A stretch of DNA of 64,000 nt. Source: an uncultured Leptospira sp. (GTDB lineage Bacteria > Spirochaetota > UBA4802 > JAGODF01). Of the stretch, positions 1 to 8,753 are shown one piece after another; position 1 is the stretch's first letter; the number at the start of each line of letters is the position of its first letter. A model generated the notes under the pieces. The model ran no database searches, was not told the origin of the DNA, and saw only the letters and a program-made list of their open reading frames with translations. The position numbers were made by a program, and so were the translations under genes. Location of the stretch: the NCBI GenBank assembly GCA_964502925.1, contig CAZCYH010000008.1, forward strand, positions 4,185-68,184, read 5' to 3'.

Positions 1-89
1 TCGATGCGCGAAAGATCCGCTTGATGAAGATATTATTGTGGAATCGCGTTGACAGATAATGGCGAATATTGTAGGTATACAGCGCAGCT

Positions 90-2339
90 GTGCAACATGA
101 GGTGAGAGGGAATTTCATGAAAGCGTTTTATCTTATTGCGGAAAAAATCAGCTATACCTTTGCCGTGGCCTTTTTCACTATTTTTGGTGGCTGGATGGGG
201 GCGGTGTTCGGATATTACCTCGGCACCTCCTACACGCTCATTTATTACGATATAATAACTTCCGATGTATTGCGATGGCTGCCGCTTTGCGTTCTCATCC
301 CCACATTGCTTCATTATACACATTATGGTATTCTTACACCAATAAAAATCCCCGCTCTCCAGAAACCCCTGCGCGTCATCAACCGCAATATTCAGGGCGA
401 TAAAATGAGAGAAAACCTATCCGATCAGGAACTCAAGGAGCTCTATCACGCGTTCTGCGATCTTCCGCTGTGGAATGCGCTTGCTGCGGGTTCCTATGGC
501 ACGATGTGTGGGATTGTTCTCATGGGATTTTTCTATCTGGATCATACGCTGGCGGGGACGTTTACGCCGGTACTCATGAAGGTGCTTATGAAGATGGGCT
601 TGATTGCGGTGGCGATTGTAATAATTCTCTACAGCATGTCGACCTATCTCATTACGGAAATCATCACAAGCAGGGAGCGCGCGCTCTGTTTCAACGAGCT
701 TTTCAAACGGCAGATCATCCAGAGGCCGAGGGTTCTGGTAAACCTGCGGGTGAAGTTTTCTTTCTTCGTCGTCCTTTTAGTTATTGCGCTTCTTACGTTT
801 GCGGCACTGACACAAAAGAGCATTTTTTACGGCGAATATGATATTTTTGCTTCGATAATTTATATCATCGTATCGGTGCTCGCGGGGATATTCCTCATGT
901 TTTTCAATACCCGTTCAATCTTGCAGATTTTACGAGAGATGGGCCGTGTGGCCGGCGCGATTTCTTCAGGGGGTGAGGCTGAATTCCGTTTGCATTCCCT
1001 GGATACCGAATTTTCGAATATCGAATACTCTGTGCTTGAAATGTCAAAGGAAATTTTCGATTTTAGACGGAATCTCGAACAGCAGGTGGAGCAGCGCACG
1101 CTTGAACTTCAGAATGTGCTTACCGACCTCAAAGAAAGGGACGACCTCATACAAAAGCAGCTCGATATGGCCAGCATCATCCAGCGCAGCATTCTGCCCG
1201 GCCACATTGACGAATGGCTGGAAATAAAATTTTCCGTGCGCTACATTGCAATGGAAAAAATCGGCGGGGACTTCTACGATGTGTACCAGCTTCGCGACAA
1301 TAAAATGGGGCTCCTTGTGGCCGACGTTTCCGGTCACGGCATCCCCGCTGCGCTGGTGACCACAATGGCGAAGATTTCATTCGGGAACGCTTGCACAAAA
1401 TTCGATTCACCGCGCCGTATTTTCCAGGAGGTCAATCAGAATATTCTTGATCACGTGAAGACGCAGGATTACCTCACCGCTTTTTTTATAGTCATCGACG
1501 AGGAATACAATGTGACCTACGCGAATGCCAGCCACCAGAAGGCGCTTCTGGTGCGGACAGAGGAAGGGAAAATTGAACACCTCGATACCAATGGGCTCTT
1601 CATAGGTGCTATCGAAGAAGCGCGTGAAACATACGAGGAGAAGACAACGCGCCTCTCCTACGGCGATAAAATCATTCTCTATACGGACGGCATTCCCGAA
1701 GCGACGAATCTTTCACGGGAGGAATACTCCAACGAGCGTTTCGAAGAGGTGGTGCTTAAAAATAGGCATCTTTCGCTTGAGGATTTTACCAGTTTTATCA
1801 TTGAAGACGTGCAGAGATTCGTAGGCAACGCACCGGTCGAGGACGATATCACGCTGCTCGTGCTTGAATTGGTGCGCGATGAAGCGGTTGACCTCGTGAA
1901 ACAGTCAAGAAAGCTTGCGGATGACCAGAAAATATACGAAGCAATCGAAGTGCTTGAAAGGGGGCTTGCGGTGTTTAAGGACAATCGCAAAATCATCTAT
2001 AATCTCGCGAAATATTATTTCAAGGTGAACAATTACGGAAAGACGGTGGAATACACCGGCCATTATCTGAAGCAGGACAAGAAAAACAAATACGCGTATT
2101 ATTTGGGCGGCGCGGCGTTTTATCAGATGTTCGACTACAAGAACGCGGCTGATTTTTTGGAAAATGCCGTGCGCATTGATCCCAATTTCGTAAATGCGCA
2201 TCTTGCACTTGGGATGGTATATAAAAAGAAAGGGGATCTCGGTGAGGCACTCAGGTCATTTGAACGGGTGCTCGCACTCGAGCCCGACAATAGAATCGCG
2301 CAGTACGAAGCTGGAATGCTTCGGAAGAAAGCGAAATGA
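90..2339 (+). CDS. Membrane-anchored PP2C/SpoIIE-family Ser/Thr phosphatase (RsbU-like) with C-terminal TPR repeats
   Basis: 749-aa ORF. The N-terminal ~330 aa contain several long hydrophobic segments (polytopic membrane sensor). This is followed by a coiled-coil/HAMP-like segment. The PP2C/SpoIIE core shows the hallmark GGDFYDV...LLVADVSGHGIPAALVTT...YTDGIPEA motifs. The C-terminal ~130 aa are TPR-like (AAFYQMFDYKNAADFLENAVRIDPNFVNAHLALGMVYKKKGDLGEALRSFERVLALEP). An alternative start at ATG 117 (MKAFY...) is possible. Confidence 0.8.
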   Translation: MQHEVRGNFMKAFYLIAEKISYTFAVAFFTIFGGWMGAVFGYYLGTSYTLIYYDIITSDVLRWLPLCVLIPTLLHYTHYGILTPIKIPALQKPLRVINRNIQGDKMRENLSDQELKELYHAFCDLPLWNALAAGSYGTMCGIVLMGFFYLDHTLAGTFTPVLMKVLMKMGLIAVAIVIILYSMSTYLITEIITSRERALCFNELFKRQIIQRPRVLVNLRVKFSFFVVLLVIALLTFAALTQKSIFYGEYDIFASIIYIIVSVLAGIFLMFFNTRSILQILREMGRVAGAISSGGEAEFRLHSLDTEFSNIEYSVLEMSKEIFDFRRNLEQQVEQRTLELQNVLTDLKERDDLIQKQLDMASIIQRSILPGHIDEWLEIKFSVRYIAMEKIGGDFYDVYQLRDNKMGLLVADVSGHGIPAALVTTMAKISFGNACTKFDSPRRIFQEVNQNILDHVKTQDYLTAFFIVIDEEYNVTYANASHQKALLVRTEEGKIEHLDTNGLFIGAIEEARETYEEKTTRLSYGDKIILYTDGIPEATNLSREEYSNERFEEVVLKNRHLSLEDFTSFIIEDVQRFVGNAPVEDDITLLVLELVRDEAVDLVKQSRKLADDQKIYEAIEVLERGLAVFKDNRKIIYNLAKYYFKVNNYGKTVEYTGHYLKQDKKNKYAYYLGGAAFYQMFDYKNAADFLENAVRIDPNFVNAHLALGMVYKKKGDLGEALRSFERVLALEPDNRIAQYEAGMLRKKAK

Positions 2340-2412
2340 TCTTTACTACGTGGATGGGTGGTATTTGTTGAGCGGTTTTGCATCGCAGTTTTTCGCGCAT
2401 ATACGCACGCGG

Positions 2413-3216
2413 TTGATTATTGTATGTAGCACATTTCTATTCGCATATCGCCGCCTTTTTTATCGATATTTCCCGATTGCCGTTTTTATTGCGCTTTCCC
2501 TTGCGCCTGCCTCATCTCAGGATGAGCGGAAAATCGAACTTACCGCGCAGGAAATGATTGCACGCGCCGATCGGGTGCTCGATTATCCGCAGGGCATCAT
2601 CCGGGGGCGGCTCATGCACATCATGCCAACGGGCAAGACCTATAAGGTCGATATCACCGGATATATCGATAAATCCGATTATCTTTTTTCTTTCAGCACT
2701 GCGGATCGCGGAGAACAGCTAAAAGTGCTTTTCAACTTCGGCGGTGAAGAAATCTGGGTCTATAATATGCTGTCCACGAAGCTTTTCCATAAAACGGGAA
2801 TCGATAAGTACGAGCCAGTTGTCGCGACGAATTTTTCATTCATCGATTTTTCAAACGCGGATTTGCAGAGCAACTATACCGCAAAAATAGCAGGCACCGC
2901 GGTAATAAAGGAACAGGAAACCTACCGCCTCTCGCTGACCCCGATTTTTCGAGGCGGGGCGTACGGCAATCTGACGGTGTATGTATCGAAGGGTACGTAT
3001 TTCCCGCTGCGAATTGATTATCACGATATTGACGGCGTGATTTTCAAAACTCTTTCAATTGTCGAGGTTGCAAAGGTAGGCTCAAGAAATTTTCCTGTGC
3101 GCTACGATATGCTCGATATCCGTAAAGGCACGCTGACCATGCTCACTTTTCACGGATTTGAGGAAAATATAAAATTCGACAAAAAAATATTTTTTCATCA
3201 GACGCTGGGGAAATAG
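2413..3216 (+). CDS. LolA-like outer-membrane lipoprotein-sorting family protein (putative); start codon uncertain
   Basis: The track ORF 2194-3216 overlaps the end of the upstream gene, so a later start is needed. A TTG at 2413 precedes a signal-peptide-like segment (RRLFYRYFPIAVFIALSLAPASSQ). The mature part has the LolA-like/DUF-type 'sorting protein' look (ARADRVLDYPQG..., beta-rich, about 250 aa). The family assignment is from pattern memory only. Confidence 0.5.
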   Translation: MIIVCSTFLFAYRRLFYRYFPIAVFIALSLAPASSQDERKIELTAQEMIARADRVLDYPQGIIRGRLMHIMPTGKTYKVDITGYIDKSDYLFSFSTADRGEQLKVLFNFGGEEIWVYNMLSTKLFHKTGIDKYEPVVATNFSFIDFSNADLQSNYTAKIAGTAVIKEQETYRLSLTPIFRGGAYGNLTVYVSKGTYFPLRIDYHDIDGVIFKTLSIVEVAKVGSRNFPVRYDMLDIRKGTLTMLTFHGFEENIKFDKKIFFHQTLGK

Positions 3217-3218
3217 CG

Positions 3219-3947
3219 ATGCCGCAGTTTTTTGTTACCGTGCCATCTGGAGAAACGCGTTGCCGCATCGAAGGTCCGGATTTTGACCATCTGATGAAGG
3301 TCCGCCGCGTACGCGCCGGCGATGAAGTAACCCTGAGAAATTCCGATGGATCGCTCCTTCGCGGCAGGGTGATGGAAATATTTGACAGCTCGATGGCCAT
3401 CGAGATACTTGACCGAAAGGAGGCGGATGATCGCGTTTGCGCTTTCACTCTCGGGGTCGGTATTCTTAAAGGATGGAAATTCGATCTTGTCATTCAGAAA
3501 GCGGTTGAAATTGGAGTTACCACGATCGTTCCTTTGGTTACGGAACGTTCCGTGCCCCATATTCAAGGGAAAGAAGATAAAAAACTTGCGCGATGGACTA
3601 AAATTGCGCGGGAAGCTTCGAAGCAGTCTTTTCGTTTGCAGATTCCGGGTATCGCGATGCCGTGCGATTTTCATACGTTTATTGCGAGCGCACGGGCTGG
3701 AGATAAATTCATCGCGCATCCGCATGATGATGCGGCCGAGTTGAAAGCGTTGATGAAAACGACCGACCGCTCCGATAAAATCACACTCGTAATTGGACCG
3801 GAGGGCGGGTTTTCTGAAAAGGAATTGGATGCCGCAGTTAGGGCAGGATTTAAAGCGTTCAGGGTTGGCACGAACTGCATGCGAGCGGAAACCGCGGCGA
3901 TTGTGCTTCCTGCGATCTTCATGTACGAATGGAGTGGATATGTGTAA
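3219..3947 (+). CDS. rsmE: 16S rRNA (uracil1498-N3)-methyltransferase RsmE
   Basis: 242 aa. N-terminal PUA-like segment (MPQFFV...GDEVTLRNSDG), then a SPOUT core with typical RsmE blocks (GILKGWKFDLVIQKAVEIGVTTIVPLVTERSV; LVIGPEGGFSEKE). The end overlaps thiS by 8 nt. Confidence 0.85.
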   Translation: MPQFFVTVPSGETRCRIEGPDFDHLMKVRRVRAGDEVTLRNSDGSLLRGRVMEIFDSSMAIEILDRKEADDRVCAFTLGVGILKGWKFDLVIQKAVEIGVTTIVPLVTERSVPHIQGKEDKKLARWTKIAREASKQSFRLQIPGIAMPCDFHTFIASARAGDKFIAHPHDDAAELKALMKTTDRSDKITLVIGPEGGFSEKELDAAVRAGFKAFRVGTNCMRAETAAIVLPAIFMYEWSGYV

Positions 3948-4140
3948 AATAACCGTCAATGGAAGAGAAATCGTATTTTATAAAAAAACAGTCAGCGATC
4001 TCATCAATCAGTATAAGATGGATCCGAAAAAAATCGTTGTGGAACGCAATGGCGAAATCGTGCACCGCGAAGCCTATAGCGCAACAGAACTCAAAGAGGG
4101 CGATGTGATTGAAATTGCCCGTTTTGTGGGCGGAGGATGA
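3940..4140 (+). CDS. thiS: Sulfur-carrier protein ThiS
   Basis: 66 aa, MCKITVNGREI...IEIARFVGGG, ending in the diagnostic Gly-Gly. The in-frame ATG at 3940 lies inside the longer track ORF 3793-4140. It sits immediately upstream of thiE. Confidence 0.75.
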   Translation: MCKITVNGREIVFYKKTVSDLINQYKMDPKKIVVERNGEIVHREAYSATELKEGDVIEIARFVGGG

Positions 4141-4149
4141 TGCGCGCGG

Positions 4150-5214
4150 ATGATTAAGGCAATGGATGAACTGCATGCCGCAATTGATGCAAACTTCAAC
4201 CGCTCGATGGAAGGCCTGCGGGTGTGCGAAGATGTGTGCCGCTTTGTTCTGCACGATGAAATTCTTTCCACGCGGGCGAAGGAATATCGGCATGTGCTGG
4301 CAGAGCTTTCATCTCTGTGGATGAAAATAGATCTGCTTTCCGCAAGGGATATTGCCACTGACCCGATTAAGTTTGTGCACCTGGAAGAAACAACGCAGAA
4401 GGGAAATGATAATCCGATTGAAGTGCTCTTTCTTCGAAATATCCGCCGCGCGATTGAAGCCGTTCGCTCAATCGAAGAATGCGCACGAATCGATAATAAA
4501 GATCATGGCAATTTTCAATCGCTGCGCTTTCAGCTCTACGCCTTTGAGGCGGAAGTGGTCGATGCGATAACCCGAAAGCATATCCAGCGGAAATTTCATA
4601 ATGCTCTTTATGCGATCTTAGAACCCACCTTTGCCGGCGAAGATCTGCGCGCTGCTGCCGCTGCGCTCATCGAAGGCGGCGCGCGCGTCATCCAGCTTCG
4701 AATGAAGCATGCGCCGACAAAGGAGATAATGGAGCATGCCCGCATCATCGGTCCTATCTGCAAAAAAAAAGGAGTGGTGTTCATCATCAACGACAGGCCT
4801 GACATCGCCCGCTGCGTCGATGCGGACGGCGTGCACGTGGGCCAGGATGATATGCCGGTTGCGGATGCGCGAAGGATTGTAGGCGTGGGTAAGATTGTGG
4901 GGAAATCAACGCATTCCCTTAAACAGGCGCGCGAGGCGCAAAAGGAATTTCCCGATTATATTGCCATCGGGCCAGTGTTCGACACCGCGAGCAAGGATGG
5001 GAGCATGCTGCGCGGAATCGGAATAGATGCGGTGCGGATGGTGGCGCACGAATCGAATGTGCCGGTGGTGGCGATTGGAGGAATAACACCCGATGTCGTG
5101 GATGCGCTGAAAGATGCGGGAAGCACGTGCCCGGCAGTGATGTCTGCCCTTTTCAGTGGCGATGTCGTTCGCAATGCTCGCGAGTTTACCGCAAAACTAT
5201 CAGAAAATACGTAA
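4150..5214 (+). CDS. thiE: Thiamine-phosphate synthase ThiE with an uncharacterised ~150-aa N-terminal extension
   Basis: The C-terminal ~205 aa align block by block with ThiE (VIQLRMKH...FIINDRPDIARCVDADGVHVGQDDMP...IGPVFDTASK...VVAIGGITPDVV). The first ~150 aa (MIKAMDELHAAIDANFNRSMEGLRVCEDVCRF...) match nothing I can name. Confidence 0.8.
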   Translation: MIKAMDELHAAIDANFNRSMEGLRVCEDVCRFVLHDEILSTRAKEYRHVLAELSSLWMKIDLLSARDIATDPIKFVHLEETTQKGNDNPIEVLFLRNIRRAIEAVRSIEECARIDNKDHGNFQSLRFQLYAFEAEVVDAITRKHIQRKFHNALYAILEPTFAGEDLRAAAAALIEGGARVIQLRMKHAPTKEIMEHARIIGPICKKKGVVFIINDRPDIARCVDADGVHVGQDDMPVADARRIVGVGKIVGKSTHSLKQAREAQKEFPDYIAIGPVFDTASKDGSMLRGIGIDAVRMVAHESNVPVVAIGGITPDVVDALKDAGSTCPAVMSALFSGDVVRNAREFTAKLSENT

Positions 5215-5216
5215 TT

Positions 5217-5486
5217 ATGAGCAATGGCCTTGATGAGAGATTATCCCGATTGAGAAGCGAAGTGGCATTCCGACGCGCCTTCTGGTATGATGTCCGCTCG
5301 AAAATTCGCCTGCGAAAAAATGAATTGCTCACAATGGGATTTGAGAAATCTGTGGTTCGTAAGGATCGCGAATATAAGCGATTGCAAAAACAAAGGAAAT
5401 GCCTTTCAAAGGAGATCCGCCACCTTGAACAGAAGATCAACAGGACGATCGCGCGGCAGGAGAAAAAAGACAGCAACAAGGAATAG
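5217..5486 (+). CDS. Hypothetical small basic coiled-coil protein (89 aa)
   Basis: ATG at 5217, 2 nt after the thiE stop, with an open frame to 5486. The product is Lys/Arg/Glu-rich (…KDREYKRLQKQRKCLSKEIRHLEQKINRTIARQEKK…). No clear SD and no recognisable domain. It could be a real small gene or read-through noise. Confidence 0.3.
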   Translation: MSNGLDERLSRLRSEVAFRRAFWYDVRSKIRLRKNELLTMGFEKSVVRKDREYKRLQKQRKCLSKEIRHLEQKINRTIARQEKKDSNKE

Positions 5487-5532
5487 CGCGAAAAGGGATA
5501 CACGCGCCGAAATAATCTATCCGGCATACTGC

Positions 5533-6780
5533 ATGCCCGATGGTTCCGTGATTGAAGAGCCGCGCTATCGTCCCGCGTTTCGTACCGGTCGGTCAATAGT
5601 TCCGGTGGACCAAAACGAGCTTATTCCGCTTCCTTTCGGGAGCGTTCTTTTTTCTCTTCCGGGTCGTTTCCCGATATTTTACAATACGCGGGGCGAAGAA
5701 GTTATTGTCAAAACAGCATCCGGTTCGTCGCAGGAAATTTCCGCAGCCTCGGCGTTTGTAAGTTCCGGATATCTTCGCACCTATTTGCCCGCCTACGTGA
5801 AATCCGATTCCGCGCCGCCGCTTTCGCTGTGGGCTTATGCAGGTCTGGTAATTAAAAATGGCACATTCTGGGTTCCTGCGCTTCGAATTGATGAAGATCC
5901 CCGGTCGGATGCGCAGCTTCATCAAAACGATGACGAACTTCACCGAAACATAAAGGAAATGAAATTTTTCCTTAAGAGAAACAGGCTTGCATCGCAGCTT
6001 GCCCATTGTGCCACCGAATACCGCTGCCTCTGCGCCCGGAATTTTTTTCTGAGCCGTTTTGAAGCGCCCGTGCCGACAAGCCCTGCGTGCAATGCGAGAT
6101 GTATTGGCTGTTTATCGAAGCAGGAGGAAAGCGGGTTTTGCTCATCACAGGAGAGGCTCTCGTTTGCTCCAGCGCCGGAAGAAATTGCTGAGGTGATTCT
6201 CTATCATTTCGAACGTGTCGATGCCGCAGTGGCGAGCTTCGGCCAGGGCTGTGAAGGCGAGCCGCTTTTGCGCGGAAAAGACCTTGCGCGCGCTATTGCA
6301 CTGGTGCGTGAGAAGACGCCGCGTGGGACCATCAACCTGAATACCAATGGTTCCAGGCCAGACGAAGTGAAGCGCCTCATCGATGCGGGACTCGATTCAA
6401 TCCGCATTAGCCTGAACTCGCCCACGGAGGAATATTATACACGCTATTTCCGGCCTCAAGGGTATTCTTATAGCGATGTCATTCGTTCAATTGATATTGC
6501 ACTCGATGCGGGGATTTTCGTGTCGATCAATCTTTTCTTTTTGCCCGGGTTTACGGACATGGAATCGGAAGTGGATTCATTATTTGCGTTTCTAAAAAAG
6601 TTTCCCGTGTCGATGATACAGGCGCGCAATCTCAACATCGATCCCGACCTGTATCTTGATTCCATTGGATTTTGTGAATCAAAACCATTGGGTATCCGTT
6701 CGCATCTGTCGATGCTTTCTGCCGGTTTTCCGAAAATGAAAATTGGATACTACAATCCGCCAAAGGAGAGATTTCAATGA
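5533..6780 (+). CDS. Radical SAM protein with an uncharacterised ~170-aa N-terminal domain
   Basis: CX3CX2C motif CNARCIGC at nt 6088-6111. A typical radical-SAM core follows (GCEGEPLL, TINLNTNGSRPDEVKRLIDAGLDSIRISLNSP). The start is chosen at ATG 5533. The upstream part of the track ORF (from 5287) overlaps the 5217 ORF and reads as low-complexity R/K junk. The stop overlaps the cooC start (ATGA at 6777-6780). Confidence 0.7.
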   Translation: MPDGSVIEEPRYRPAFRTGRSIVPVDQNELIPLPFGSVLFSLPGRFPIFYNTRGEEVIVKTASGSSQEISAASAFVSSGYLRTYLPAYVKSDSAPPLSLWAYAGLVIKNGTFWVPALRIDEDPRSDAQLHQNDDELHRNIKEMKFFLKRNRLASQLAHCATEYRCLCARNFFLSRFEAPVPTSPACNARCIGCLSKQEESGFCSSQERLSFAPAPEEIAEVILYHFERVDAAVASFGQGCEGEPLLRGKDLARAIALVREKTPRGTINLNTNGSRPDEVKRLIDAGLDSIRISLNSPTEEYYTRYFRPQGYSYSDVIRSIDIALDAGIFVSINLFFLPGFTDMESEVDSLFAFLKKFPVSMIQARNLNIDPDLYLDSIGFCESKPLGIRSHLSMLSAGFPKMKIGYYNPPKERFQ

Positions 6781-7550
6781 AAATCGCAATCACGGGCAAA
6801 GGCGGCGTTGGCAAGACAAGCATTGCCGCGGCAATCGCGCTCATTCTGGCAGAACGCGGGCACAGGGTTCTGGCGGTCGATGCCGATCCCGACACGAACC
6901 TTGCCTCAGCGCTCGGCATTCCCTATGCTGAGCATGGCGGGATACGAACCATTGCGCTGGAAAAAGAGCTTATTGAAGAGCGAACAGGTGCACGCGCTTC
7001 TGGTGGGATCTTTAAGCTGAACCCTGAGGTTTCCGATATCGCCGAAAAATTTGCCTTCCGCTATCGAAACGTTGATCTTGTGGTGCTCGGTGCCGTGCGT
7101 ACCGGAGGTGGTGGATGCGCATGCCCCGAAAGCGCGTTTCTGCGTTCTTTAGTGCAGGAACTGGTTTTGAGAAGGGATGAACATCTCGTGCTCGATATGG
7201 AGGCCGGCATTGAGCATCTTGGAAGGGCTACCGCACGGGGCGTGGATGCATGTATCGCGGTTGCGGAACCCGGCGCGCGGTCCATCGCAACAGTCCGGCG
7301 CATCGCGCAGATGGCAGAACAGATCGGCATCATGCGCACATACGTTATTATCAATGCTATCAGAAACGCCGGGGACGCGGGATTTTTAAAAGCGGGACTT
7401 TCCGATTTTGAGATAGTAGGGGAAATACCGTATCATGAAGCGATACGCGACAATGACAGAGATGGCCGGGCGGTGATCGATGAGTTGCCCGATGAAATTC
7501 GATCATATTTTGACGCGCTTGTCGAACGACTTTTAGTAAAATTTTCTTGA
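6777..7550 (+). CDS. cooC: CooC/AcsF-family Ni-insertion ATPase (CODH/ACS maturation), copy 1
   Basis: 257 aa. Deviant Walker A ITGKGGVGKTS, then DADPDTNL, and a C-x-C metal motif (GGGCACPES). Translationally coupled to the upstream radical SAM gene. Confidence 0.9.
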   Translation: MKIAITGKGGVGKTSIAAAIALILAERGHRVLAVDADPDTNLASALGIPYAEHGGIRTIALEKELIEERTGARASGGIFKLNPEVSDIAEKFAFRYRNVDLVVLGAVRTGGGGCACPESAFLRSLVQELVLRRDEHLVLDMEAGIEHLGRATARGVDACIAVAEPGARSIATVRRIAQMAEQIGIMRTYVIINAIRNAGDAGFLKAGLSDFEIVGEIPYHEAIRDNDRDGRAVIDELPDEIRSYFDALVERLLVKFS

Positions 7551-7689
7551 CCGATAATCCCTTTTCTTTAGCGTGAAAACCCCGGACGCGCCCGCAGCCT
7601 CAGTCCGACCGCACGAGTTCGGTGAGCAAAACTACATGCGTGTAATCACTATAATGCTGTCCGATGAATTATCCGGCAAGGAGATCGAT

Positions 7690-8742
7690 ATGAAAGAAAG
7701 ATTTTTAGCTACTGCCATTGGAAGCTTTCCCCACGATGATGCAAAAAAAGCGGTGGATATTATCCTTGAAACAATGCCCGAAGCGCCGGTATGGCCGCAG
7801 CTTCCGAAAATCGGACTCACCGAGCAGATGGAGATTCAGTATTCGGAAGGCATGCCGAGCGCGATTATCGATTCCGAAAAGGGACGAATGTATTTCGATA
7901 CCTCCGGCGATTACTCTGAAGAGCTTGCTGCTTTTTATGAGTCGTATATGAATGCGGTCGAAGGTGACGGCGATCTCTCGGCTTTTGTGATATCGCCGAA
8001 ATATTCAAGGGGTATTTATGAACTTAATTCCCGGCTTTCGCAGGATGGAAAAAAATATTCCTATGTGAAGGTGCATACCACCGGACCCTGTTCATTTTCG
8101 CTTACCGTGGTTGATGAACAGAAGCGAGCGATTTACTATAATGAAGAATTTCGCGATGTGGTGGTGAAAGCGCTTTCTATGAAGTGCCGATGGCAAATTC
8201 GAACATTCGCCCCTCTGGCGGAAAAAATCATCTGCTTCATTGATGAGCCCATCCTTTCGGCATTCGGTTCATCGACCTATATTTCTGTCAAACGCGACGA
8301 TGTGGTATCGCTCATCCGTGAAATGGTAGATGCCATTCACGCCGAAGGGGGAATTGCCGGTGTGCACTGCTGCGGCAATACCGAGTGGCCAATTCTCATC
8401 GAAGCCGGCGTGGATATCCTGAATTTAGACGCCTATCTGTATGGCGACACAATTGCGCTGTATCCCGAAGCGGTGAACAACTTTATTGCGCGCGGCGGAA
8501 CGATTGCCTGGGGAATTGTTCCAACCTCGGTGAGCATTCGAAATGAAAGCGCAGCTTCTCTGGAAAAGCGATTTGATGAGCTCGTGGCGCATCTTTCAAA
8601 GAAAAGCGGTATCGCTTCCGATGTGCTCTATGAACGCGCGATAATCACACCGTCATGCGGGACGGGCTCTATGAGCGTTGATGATGCCGAGCGGGTCTTT
8701 CACACGTTACATGAGCTTTCGAACGCGCTAAAAAAGCGTTAA
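7690..8742 (+). CDS. MetE-C-terminal-like (UroD/MetE superfamily, 'core-MetE'-like) zinc methyltransferase
   Basis: 350 aa from ATG 7690 (AAGGAG RBS 7 nt upstream; the track ORF starts earlier at 7573). Blocks resemble the cobalamin-independent methionine synthase catalytic barrel: CFIDEPIL (cf. IQIDEPA), GVHCCGN (His-x-Cys Zn ligands), and TPSCGTGS (distal Cys ligand). Confidence 0.7.
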   Translation: MKERFLATAIGSFPHDDAKKAVDIILETMPEAPVWPQLPKIGLTEQMEIQYSEGMPSAIIDSEKGRMYFDTSGDYSEELAAFYESYMNAVEGDGDLSAFVISPKYSRGIYELNSRLSQDGKKYSYVKVHTTGPCSFSLTVVDEQKRAIYYNEEFRDVVVKALSMKCRWQIRTFAPLAEKIICFIDEPILSAFGSSTYISVKRDDVVSLIREMVDAIHAEGGIAGVHCCGNTEWPILIEAGVDILNLDAYLYGDTIALYPEAVNNFIARGGTIAWGIVPTSVSIRNESAASLEKRFDELVAHLSKKSGIASDVLYERAIITPSCGTGSMSVDDAERVFHTLHELSNALKKR

Positions 8743-8753
8743 GGCGTAAGATC

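Noticed and set aside
3198-3959. 253-aa minus-strand ORF
   Set aside because: It is antisense to rsmE/thiS and has no domain signal.
5287-5532. Upstream extension of the radical SAM ORF (track start 5287)
   Set aside because: It overlaps the 5217-5486 ORF in another frame and translates to an Arg/Lys low-complexity string. The first plausible start is ATG 5533.
7573-7689. Upstream extension of the MetE-like ORF (track start 7573)
   Set aside because: It starts only 23 nt after the cooC stop and has no SD. ATG 7690 has an AAGGAG at ideal spacing and gives a typical family N-terminus.
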